A DNA stretch of 64,000 bases from an uncultured Candidatus Poseidoniales archaeon (lineage in GTDB: Archaea; Thermoplasmatota; Poseidoniia; Poseidoniales; Thalassarchaeaceae): the NCBI GenBank assembly GCA_964576865.1, contig CAZNVK010000001.1, positions 50,697 to 114,696 of the forward strand, written 5' to 3'. Of this stretch, positions 1 through 9,600 are shown piece by piece. Every line of letters starts with the position of its first letter. Position 1 is the stretch's first letter. The translations under genes were made by a program, and so were the position numbers. The notes under the pieces were generated by a model that ran no database searches, had not been told where the DNA came from, and worked only from the letters and a program-made list of their open reading frames with translations.

Positions 1-3000
1 CATCTTCGACACAGCCAAAGAACCGGTCTTGGCAGGAGAATACGGAACTCAAGCACCCGCTCCAACCACCGCTCGGCTCTACCTCGCCAACAACACGATT
101 GGCACCACCGGCCAAGGTGGATGTTCCTCAGTAAGGTGGTGGGATGGCCCATTCACCTGTCCGGCAATCATGGCTCATCGGACAGGTGCAACCATTGTCG
201 ACAATACGATCAACGCTGGTGGTACAGCAGACGGTATTCGTTCCACTGGTAGTCTGCTCGACGTACGCCGCAACACATTCAATGTGCAGGGGACCGGAGC
301 CATTCTGCAGAATTACGATAGTGGTTACGCAGGAGCTCAGCAATACGGGACACTTGCCTTCTTCAGCAATAATGCTTGGAATGGTGTCGATGTCACCTAC
401 AATATCTCCAAATCTTCCGTAACGGTGCAGTCCGAGTATATCCCCAGCCCTCCACCGGGAGAATATCCTGTTGTACTGAGTTGGGCAGATCAGGAGGCAT
501 GGTACCAGAATGAATGGCAAAACGGCGTCGTTCCACACGAGGTTCGAGCCTGTCCATCCTGTGATGACTACACTCCTTTCAATTTCCCACTGGCTCTGAA
601 CATGGACAATAACTCAACTGTGTTCACATTCTCAAACCTGTCGAATCTCGATCTCTCGAAGGTGAATATCCTCACCCAGCCCACACACTTCGCGGTTCAG
701 GTGCAGCGGGCTGAACTGGTTCGCTTCCAGACTCTTGTCAATGGGCAGCGAGTAGAGAATGCCAACGTCTTGATCGAGGATGCACACGGCAATGACCTTT
801 ACAGCCTCGAGACCGATTCCGAAGGATACACACCATGGTTCTCATTGGCATCTAATTTCCATCTGGATTTCAGAGGCCTCGCCGGCGGAGACAATCCCGA
901 TGGCTTTGCTGATGATGAATACGAGGATTCGTGCACCGACGGCGAGGATAACGATGGGGACCTGTTGATGGATACAGATGACCCTGATTGTGACCACGCC
1001 GCTGGAACTCGAGAACTCTCGCTATACCGTTACACCGCCTATCGCTTCGGATTCGGATTAGATAGCGGAGAGTTCACGCTGACGGATACGACATATCAGG
1101 ACACACTATTCCTCGATAATGCAGCCCCATCGGTCTCGGTGATTCAGCAGGACGGCCATTCATATCGTCGAATTGTGAATCTGACCGGTGCAGCACACGA
1201 TGGCACTTGGGCAGGAATCTACGAGACTGACGAGTTGGCTCAGTGGGATCAGAAGGGCTACGTACACGCTGTAGAGATCAAGGACCCCTTCACCAGCGAT
1301 TGGGCTGCAGCCGGTATAGCAACAGATGCAAGCAGTGCAGCACCCGGATACGTCTCTCGCAATAACCACCCGTACAGCAATTGGTACTACAATTATGACA
1401 TGACTGGCCGACAAGAGGGAGATTACACATTCGAGTTCCGTGCCTTCGATGGCTTGGAGTATTCGCCAATCATCACTCGCTCGATCAAGGTTAACACTGA
1501 GGCTCCATCCATATCGGTCTCCTCACCGAGCTCGCATTCCACGCATGCAGATGGCACGGTAACCTTCGAAGGAACCGCACACGATCCGTACGGTTGCCCC
1601 TTCGATTGTGGAACCGATATAGACCAGATTTACTTCCAAATCGATGGACCGAATTATCATGTCGTGACCTCAACAGAGGGTGGAACCGACTGGTCGTGGA
1701 CTTGGGATTTCAGCGGTCTACCTCGCGAACTCGCCACCTACACGTTCACCATTTGGGCATCAGACTCTGACTTCTGCAAGGGAGAGGTTGACGAGTGTGA
1801 AGCAGTGGTTCTCGACCTTGAGATCGACAATCAGAATTCTCGTCCTTTCGTCCAATTGACGAGTCCACAGAGCGGACAGATCTACGAGGTCGGTGAGAAC
1901 ACAATCATCAGTGGCGTAGCACGCGATAATGACGGTGACATCACGAGGGTCGACGTCGAGGTTCTCGATGTCGCGAATGGTTACATCAACATCTTCACTG
2001 GCGTCGTGACGGATATTGCCTCGAATGGATATTGGGAACTGGAATGGAATTCCGAAGTTATGACCCACAATAGCCAGTATCTGATCAAGGCTCGTTCATA
2101 CGATGGATACGAATTCAGTGATTGGATGGAAGTTCAAGTCGTCGCCGACAATCCTCCGAACGCGGACAATCACCGGCCGACCTTCGATTCGACTGGTTGG
2201 GCTGGGGAGGTCGACCTCTACTGTGAGACCGAAACAACATCGCAGAACCCATGCACCAAGGCAATAATCGATCTCCTGCAATTCTTCGATGACGAAGATG
2301 GAACCAATGGCTTGATTCTTTCAGTTTACGATGACCCGGCCCGCTCCTCAGATGACGAATTCGCTCTGGTGATCACCATCGGTGCAGACGGCGTGGCGGT
2401 GTACGACCCGAAGTCGATGGGATTCTACGATGAGGACATGGATACATGGTCGCTCAGCAATGTGATATTCGTCGCGACTGACCCCCATGGTTCCAAGGAA
2501 ATCTCAACCCCTGTGTCATTCAATGTAATTCCAATTGAGTTCTATGTAGGAGAACCGGATCAGACGACTGCTGGAAAGAACGAGGTCATCCTGTTTAGTG
2601 GAGTTGGCCTACCTGGCAAGACCGTACGAGTCACCTTGGGCGGCACGCAAATCAACTCAACAGTGGTATCTGATGATTCAACCTGGACTCTCGGAATCCC
2701 CGGTTCGATGCTTACCAAGACAATCTCGCCAGTATTCATGATAAGTGGCTCCGACCCGATCGAGGGCGCTGCAATCTCACCGCCCGCCGAAGAGGGTGGT
2801 CTTGGCGCGATGACTGTGATAATCATCGTCGTGGTTCTTCTAGCCGGAATCGGAGCAGCTCTGTTCTACAGCGGCGTCATCTCGTTCGAAGAGGATGATG
2901 AGGGAGAGTCTCCATCGGGTCAGGCTGATAGTGAGTCCCCAAGCCCGGGTGGATTGGTCCGCAGTGACGATCATCCGGGATGGCTCTGGGACCCCGTGAA

Positions 3001-3037
3001 GGAAGAATGGGTGCCCGATCCAGACCACATCGGTTGA
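1..3037 (+). CDS. Large acidic cell-surface protein, 5' partial (beta-helix-like repeats, single C-terminal TM helix, acidic cytoplasmic tail)
   Basis: Reading frame is open to the window start, so the TTG at 29 is internal. NNTIGTTGQGG / DNTINAGGTADG repeats resemble parallel beta-helix repeats. C-terminal hydrophobic segment MTVIIIVVVLLAGIGAALFYSGV is followed by a D/E-rich tail. Confidence 0.6.
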   Translation, partial: IFDTAKEPVLAGEYGTQAPAPTTARLYLANNTIGTTGQGGCSSVRWWDGPFTCPAIMAHRTGATIVDNTINAGGTADGIRSTGSLLDVRRNTFNVQGTGAILQNYDSGYAGAQQYGTLAFFSNNAWNGVDVTYNISKSSVTVQSEYIPSPPPGEYPVVLSWADQEAWYQNEWQNGVVPHEVRACPSCDDYTPFNFPLALNMDNNSTVFTFSNLSNLDLSKVNILTQPTHFAVQVQRAELVRFQTLVNGQRVENANVLIEDAHGNDLYSLETDSEGYTPWFSLASNFHLDFRGLAGGDNPDGFADDEYEDSCTDGEDNDGDLLMDTDDPDCDHAAGTRELSLYRYTAYRFGFGLDSGEFTLTDTTYQDTLFLDNAAPSVSVIQQDGHSYRRIVNLTGAAHDGTWAGIYETDELAQWDQKGYVHAVEIKDPFTSDWAAAGIATDASSAAPGYVSRNNHPYSNWYYNYDMTGRQEGDYTFEFRAFDGLEYSPIITRSIKVNTEAPSISVSSPSSHSTHADGTVTFEGTAHDPYGCPFDCGTDIDQIYFQIDGPNYHVVTSTEGGTDWSWTWDFSGLPRELATYTFTIWASDSDFCKGEVDECEAVVLDLEIDNQNSRPFVQLTSPQSGQIYEVGENTIISGVARDNDGDITRVDVEVLDVANGYINIFTGVVTDIASNGYWELEWNSEVMTHNSQYLIKARSYDGYEFSDWMEVQVVADNPPNADNHRPTFDSTGWAGEVDLYCETETTSQNPCTKAIIDLLQFFDDEDGTNGLILSVYDDPARSSDDEFALVITIGADGVAVYDPKSMGFYDEDMDTWSLSNVIFVATDPHGSKEISTPVSFNVIPIEFYVGEPDQTTAGKNEVILFSGVGLPGKTVRVTLGGTQINSTVVSDDSTWTLGIPGSMLTKTISPVFMISGSDPIEGAAISPPAEEGGLGAMTVIIIVVVLLAGIGAALFYSGVISFEEDDEGESPSGQADSESPSPGGLVRSDDHPGWLWDPVKEEWVPDPDHIG

Positions 3038-3074
3038 TGAAGCATCGCGGTACGCTCCGCCCGAACTTTCTTGA

Positions 3075-5627
3075 GTGGTTCGAATCGCTCGCCGCCTCAT
3101 GGCGACCATGGCAGTACCCCGGCCGGGTGTGCAGGAGCGCATCCTGCTGCATCTGAGAGACTATGTGGACTATGCCGACAAGGTCGAAGTCCCCTTCGCA
3201 ATCTCTCAGATGGGGATCGCCAATGCAGTCGCCATCGCTAGATCCAACGTGCCGAGGGCCATCTCGGGCATGAAGGAGTCTGGGCATCTGATTGAGCGTC
3301 AGGCGCACGTGACAGGTGTTTCTCGCAAGCGAAAGGCGTATTTCTTGACCTCCGACGGGGTCAATCTTGCTGATGACATCTGGGATAAGGTCAGCGAACA
3401 ACCTGTCCGTTTGATTCATCCAGATGGTCGTGCTCAGAACCTCGATCTTCGTGCCGCACTCGAGGAAACTGAACTCCCTCTGCGCCACGTCGATATCCTT
3501 CGTTATCTCGACGATAGTGGTACTGTGGACTTGTCGACGCTATCGCCCGATCTTATCGAACGCGATCTTTCAAAGCATATCGAGAAGCAATTGGTGAATT
3601 CTCTCAACGACCTTCCTCGGATGCGACGCTTCTATGGTCGCAGCGGAGAGATATCACGAATGGCTGACATATTGGAGAGTGAATCGACCAGTTTGCTCGT
3701 TCCGGGGATAGCGGGCATCGGCAAGACAGCCTTGGCTGCTAAATTGCTGGAGAGATTCACCCACAGAAGGAATCTCTTGTACCATCGGTGCCAAGACTGG
3801 GAAGGGTCGAGAGCATTTCTGGAAGCCTGTGCTGAATGGCTCTCGATGATCGGCAATAACGATCTCAGCGATTACATCGCCTCTACACCTGTACCCCAAG
3901 TGACCATGGCGGTAAATCTCATCATCGAAGGATTGGAGAACTCTCCGGCACTGATTGTTATCGATGATCTTCACAAGGTCGCCGACGAGAATTTTGTAGC
4001 AATCCTTCGCGGATTGACGCTGAGAGTCCCCGAGGTCGATGAGTTCGGCCTCGTTATGTTCTCTCGCTCGTTCAGGATGGTTGTACCAGAGAACGCTTCG
4101 AGTGGTCAAACCGTGACGCACTTCCTGCCACTCGAGGGTCTGGATCAGGATTCGAGTCGTCAGATTCTTACCGCAATGCCCGATATTGAGTTGCAACAAT
4201 TCTTGCACATCTACACCCTATCGAGGGGTCATCCTCTGGTTCTGGAACTGATTAACAGAGGAAGCGTCGGTGAAACCTTCCACGCCACCCTTGAGGCATT
4301 CGTCGAGAAGGAGATTTTCAGCAAACTCTCCGGCCCTCAGAAGCGTTTGCTAGGTGCTATTGCAGTTTTCCGCGAACCGATGCCATTGGAGTCCCTCAGG
4401 TCACTTGATGCGGAGATTGATTTACTCGACGACCTGGTGGAGAAAGGGCTCGCTCGACGGATAGATTCAGACTTCTACGATGTCCACGATCTGGTCCGAG
4501 AATTCCTCGTTCGCTCGATGGATGAGTCGCTGAAGGCCGAATTGCATTCGAACGCGGTCGAGTGGTACCGCACTCGAACCGAGACCGCGGCTGAGAAGAT
4601 CGAATTCATCCATCACCTGAACGCCTCAGGAGATCTCGACACCCTCGCGGATGTCTTGCAGCGAGAAGGACGAGGATTGGTGAAATCTGGACATATCGAG
4701 TTGCTTGGAATTCTGCGCGGCCTCGAATCCGATGGATTCAACGCGGTTCACTGGGGTCTCATTCGCGAACTGCGCGGAGACATCCTCTCGATTCAAGGTC
4801 GTTGGGATGAGGCCGAGGAAGAATACGCGGCCGCGATTCCAGTCGCTCGTAAGCACAAGCGCGCTGCTCGAATGGCTCGTTTGCTGACTGCTCGGGCCGA
4901 CATCGCTGTCAAGCGCGGTGCCATGGACGATGCACTCGAACTGCACCGTCAGGCCTTGGAGATTCAAATTGGAATCAGAGATGCCATCGGAGCCTCCCGT
5001 TCATACATCAACATGGGTTACATCTTCCGCCGGCGCCGAGACACCCGTCACGCTCTAGAGGTCTACGGAAATGTCGAGGAGCTCCTAGACGCAGAAGATG
5101 ACCCCAAATTGATGGACGCAAGAGTTCGGCTAGCCGCAGCTTTCCTCGAGATGGGTGAACTCGACAGGGCGCGAGACCACGCTTTGGCCGCTCACGATGG
5201 TACGAAGGACAATGATATGGGCGCCTTGCATGCTCGCAGTAGAGCGGTTCTGGGTCGGTATTACGCCCGAATCAAGGATAATGACCTCGCCCTTCTCCAC
5301 TACTCGGCTGCACTCGAAATTCTTTCCGAGGCCACCGATCCACACAGCGCGGTCGAAGTTGAGATGCTTCTAGGTCAAGTCCTCAGCGATGCTGGCCGTA
5401 AGTCCGAGGCCGCAGAGCGATACTTGGACGGCCTCGCTGTCGCCGAAGCCAATGACTTCCGTCTCCTGCAAGGTGAACTACTCGCGCGCCTCGGCGAGGT
5501 AGAATCCGACCGCTCGGCTCGAATGAACTACTTGCAGCGTTCTTTGACCGTATTCCGCGAGCTCGGAGCGGTCGATCGTATGCGCGACGTCCAGACAGCA
5601 GTGCACCGCGCAATCATGGGTCACTGA
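3075..5627 (+). CDS. wHTH - P-loop STAND-type NTPase (archaeal ATPase / NB-ARC-like) - C-terminal TPR repeat protein; putative signal-transducing regulator
   Basis: N-terminal winged-helix-like segment (ILLHLRDYVDY...GIANAVAIARSNVPRAISGMKESGHLIE). Walker A LLVPGIAGIGKTALAAKLL and Walker B-like LIVIDDLH. C-terminal third has TPR/Sel1-like Ala- and Leu-rich helical repeats. Start could be 3099 or 3108. Confidence 0.7.
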   Translation: MVRIARRLMATMAVPRPGVQERILLHLRDYVDYADKVEVPFAISQMGIANAVAIARSNVPRAISGMKESGHLIERQAHVTGVSRKRKAYFLTSDGVNLADDIWDKVSEQPVRLIHPDGRAQNLDLRAALEETELPLRHVDILRYLDDSGTVDLSTLSPDLIERDLSKHIEKQLVNSLNDLPRMRRFYGRSGEISRMADILESESTSLLVPGIAGIGKTALAAKLLERFTHRRNLLYHRCQDWEGSRAFLEACAEWLSMIGNNDLSDYIASTPVPQVTMAVNLIIEGLENSPALIVIDDLHKVADENFVAILRGLTLRVPEVDEFGLVMFSRSFRMVVPENASSGQTVTHFLPLEGLDQDSSRQILTAMPDIELQQFLHIYTLSRGHPLVLELINRGSVGETFHATLEAFVEKEIFSKLSGPQKRLLGAIAVFREPMPLESLRSLDAEIDLLDDLVEKGLARRIDSDFYDVHDLVREFLVRSMDESLKAELHSNAVEWYRTRTETAAEKIEFIHHLNASGDLDTLADVLQREGRGLVKSGHIELLGILRGLESDGFNAVHWGLIRELRGDILSIQGRWDEAEEEYAAAIPVARKHKRAARMARLLTARADIAVKRGAMDDALELHRQALEIQIGIRDAIGASRSYINMGYIFRRRRDTRHALEVYGNVEELLDAEDDPKLMDARVRLAAAFLEMGELDRARDHALAAHDGTKDNDMGALHARSRAVLGRYYARIKDNDLALLHYSAALEILSEATDPHSAVEVEMLLGQVLSDAGRKSEAAERYLDGLAVAEANDFRLLQGELLARLGEVESDRSARMNYLQRSLTVFRELGAVDRMRDVQTAVHRAIMGH

Positions 5628-5644
5628 CCCAATCGCTTGCCCCC

Positions 5645-6454
5645 TCACTGCGCGGCACTGACTGGTTCAGACTCACTCTGGCCAAGCAAATTGGAGAATT
5701 CAGGCCCGTCTTGGCCAGAAATGGAAAGCACACCATCGAATCTATCGCCAATCTGATGCAGAACTTCAGATTCAGCCAGATGGGGTGCGTTATTCTTCTC
5801 CGACAAGTGACATAGTACGATGCTGCGCAAGCCAGGGTGAAGAACCTCGGCCAATATGTCCGCAGTCTGCTCATTTGACAGGTGACCGCCGCGCCCAGAA
5901 ATGCGTCGCTTCAGCGAGGGCGGGTATGGCCCAGCAATCAATCTCCCGAGGTCATAATTTGCCTCGATAGAAATGTGCTCACACCCAGCCAAGTGCTTCA
6001 TCAGCTCGACGGTCGGCTCTCCCAAATCGGTGACTATAGCCGCCCGCCTCCCATCTCCATTACTCGCAATAATCCCGACATTATCCGCATCATCATGAGG
6101 CACAGGGACCGGCAAGAGACTCAGTTCATCGGCGATGTGTAATCTCTCTAATCCCTCGAAAGTCCGCACCTCGGTAATCGGTTCAAGACCCAAGCGCATC
6201 GCCGTCTCTAGATTGGAATACAAACGCGCCCCCCATTTCTTTGAAGCGCGCGCAGCTGACTTCGAGTGATCCGAGTGATGATGACTCACGATAATCGCGT
6301 CAATCGACTCCCCCGTAACACCCGCCATAGCTAATCGAGATTCCATCTGACGCAGAGAAAAACCGCAGTCGACCACAACCTTAGTCTCACCCGTCGACAA
6401 TAGCGTGGCATTACCACGGCTACCGCTCCCCAGATGCGTAATCTCAAGCCCCAT
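5645..6454 (-). CDS. Metallo-beta-lactamase fold hydrolase
   Basis: HxHxDH motif (IIVSHHHSDHS) and a GxG-rich N-terminus (LEITHLGSGSRGNATLL) typical of MBL fold. Start chosen at the internal Met; the ORF extends to 6592. Confidence 0.65.
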   Translation of the reverse strand: MGLEITHLGSGSRGNATLLSTGETKVVVDCGFSLRQMESRLAMAGVTGESIDAIIVSHHHSDHSKSAARASKKWGARLYSNLETAMRLGLEPITEVRTFEGLERLHIADELSLLPVPVPHDDADNVGIIASNGDGRRAAIVTDLGEPTVELMKHLAGCEHISIEANYDLGRLIAGPYPPSLKRRISGRGGHLSNEQTADILAEVLHPGLRSIVLCHLSEKNNAPHLAESEVLHQIGDRFDGVLSISGQDGPEFSNLLGQSESEPVSAAQ

Positions 6455-6657
6455 CGAACCAATTTCCGTGGCGTCGCGGTCAGGACTTGAATGAAACCCC
6501 ATTAATGCCCCAATCAACCCTACTTTCACCAGACCAGACGACCCAATCGAACCCTCCTCACACACACGTGCGACGGCATAGCCGTCGAACAAGCATCACC
6601 CATAGATGTCCGAACGACGCTCCATCATCGTCATAAGTCAAGCAAGAGCGCTCGGGA

Positions 6658-9600
6658 ATGTCCAGACGAGGTCATATCATGCGACGCAAGCAGACCGCGT
6701 TCTTTGTCACACTGCTAATCCTCAGCAGTCTCGTCTTCGTCTCCCAAACCAGACCACAGGCTCCGGTTTCCTCGATAGACCCCCCAGACGTCCCCGGACA
6801 AGGCCCGATGGCTGTTGACCAAGATGAGGACCTCATCCCGGATATACACGAGGTGATATTCGGCGAAACCCGCCATATCGAGACGCCATTCGGGATAATC
6901 GCCGTCAACGGGTTAGACCCGATGAACGGGTCGGACAATATCACCGATTTCGACCGGGATGGGGCGAGCGCCCTGATGGAGTATTGTTGGCCATGGACCC
7001 TCGACACCTGTTTCACCGAACGACTCTCGCTAACCGGAAAAGCTCCCGACGAAACCGAATCAGGGTTCAGAGAATATCTCGACCCGCGCGAATCCGATAC
7101 AGATGGCGACGGACTGCCGGACGGATTCGAGATTTACATGTGCACCGAAGGCGGTGCAGGCTACCAGAATCAGGCCACGAGCGAGTGGACTTGTCTCTAT
7201 TTCGACCCGCTCGACAGCTCCGATCAATTCGAAGATGCCGACCTGTGCGTTGAACAGGCGAGCCAGTGGGGTTGCGGAGATGGTTTCGATGTTGACCGGG
7301 ATGGCGAGATTGACCTTGGCGAGCGCTACACGAATACCGAGGAATACTGGTTCGGCGCACCCGAGGGCTGGTTGACCGAGCGCGATGGACTCTGGTGCGC
7401 TGGAAAGATTGCAAATCTCCACGCCGATGCCTGTCAAACCGAGGTCGAGCGACCGACAGGTGACGATGGCTGGTTGGGCAGCGACCCTAGGCGCATCGAT
7501 TCAGACCACTACACATGGAGCGAGTTGATTCCGACCAGTCTAGCGGTTCCAGGCGACGGGATTCCCGATGGCTGGGAGGCTTACCACGGCCTCGACCCGC
7601 GAAATGCCAGCGATGCTGTACTGGACAGCGATTCCGACGGTTGGGATATCGACCGTGACGGATTCATCATCCCAGATTCATCCATTGCAACCGCTCGCTG
7701 GGGCGAGGCATTCAGCAATTACGAAGAGTATCTAGTTCACCTCGACAGCGGAAATTGGGTCCGTCCCGGATTACGCGCTTCGATGCTTGCGATGAATAAT
7801 GGGTATAGCGGGACGGCTGGCGAAGTGATGTTATTCGACCAAGGCACCGATCCTCAACTGGTCGATGGTCGCGTCCACACTGTAATTTCGGATCAGGGAC
7901 GCGACCGTTTGATTATTGGGTCGGCTTATGGGATCACGACGATCGATCCCTTCGAGGGCACATCGACCACCTTCGAGTTGCCCTCGGGAATGGAAATGTT
8001 CACGATGATGAGGTGGACGCCTTCCTCGGATGATTACCTCATCATCGGCACGAACCACGGCCTGCACGCTCTAGAGATGGAGAACGGCCTGCCACAGATG
8101 GACACACTCACCGAGTCGAACCTCGGCATGGTGAAGGTGCTCGAGCGCCTTCAGACCGGCAGTGGTGACTTAGACCTCATCGTGCTTGGCCACGGCGCCA
8201 ATGTCTGGACGGTCACACTCTCTGAACCCGCATCGGGCCGTGGCACACCTGATTTCACCGAGCCGATTGCAATCGAGCCACTCTCAGACTTGGTCGCTGA
8301 GGCCGATGCCTCGCTGACCGAGGTCATACATGTGCCGATGGCGGGACGCGGTCCAATGATGATCATCGGTACCGACCGCGGAATGATCCGTTGGGATACT
8401 ACTGATGGAACCCCTTCAATCGGTCAGCCATTCTGGATTTACACCACTGAGACGGCCGAGGATTACGTTCAGTTCGCAGACTTACTCAATTCATCGAAAT
8501 CTGCAGTCGTCAATGTGATGGAGCTCGCCGGCCCGATAGCGACCGATGGCTCGCTCGAAGAGGTCACAGGCGTATGGCTTGGAACGCCTGGCGGACTCCA
8601 CCTGATAGACTTGGACCTCTTCGTCGGCCTGCCAGAGCAGGCCTTTGCAACAGACCGAATGTTCAACGTCGAGCGGTGGGAGGAAGGCGCTAACGATATC
8701 CGCTCGATCCTCGCCCTCGAAAACACCGTTCTTCTCGGCTCACGAGACGGCACTTGGGCGCTCGAGGGCGGCTCGCACGGCATCCTCGGAATCGTCGACA
8801 ATCAAACCAGGATGCCGGGCCTCGCAACATCACTCACAACCTTCGTCAACGATGGCGAGAAGTACCTCTTCGCCGGAGTCTCGCCCGGTCAATACATGAA
8901 CATCATGCCGATCGATCCGCAATCATCCGATTCAGACCTCGACGGCATGCCCGACGGCTGGGAATTCGCCTACGGACTCGACCCGACGGACCCCTTCGAT
9001 CGAGTCCGCGACGCCGACGCTGACGGAGTTCACTTTGACATCGGCGGCGTCGGCTTCAGCCGAGAATGGTCCAACCTCGACGAATATCGCTTCGTCAACA
9101 CCAGCGTCGGCGGCTTCAACGGAACCGACCCACGAAACACCGACACAGACGGCGACGGCCTCACCGACGGCGAGGAGTACTGGGGTTGGTTCGCCGACTC
9201 GACAGAATTCGCCTGCCACTACCTCAACGAGGAATACATCTGCGATGAGGAAGATGGGGAGGCGGCGCTGGACGTTCACCTCTCAGGCTGGTTGAACTCT
9301 GGCGCCGGTGGAGGCACAGATGGGCCAACCGACCCGACCAGCGCTGATAGCGACGGTGACGGCATGCCCGACGGCTGGGAAATCGAGCACCGTCGCTGGA
9401 TAGGCGACGTATACACAGGAGGCAACTTGTGGACCCTCGACCCACGTGACCCGAGCGACGCGACCATGGACGCGGACGGCGATGGCCTCGACAACCTGTG
9501 CGAGTACATGTGGGGCAACCTCCTCGAAACCGCCCTCGTCGAAGGCCTCCCAACCCACGGCGAAAATGCCAGCGCAGCGCAGAATTGGACCAAGACGGAC

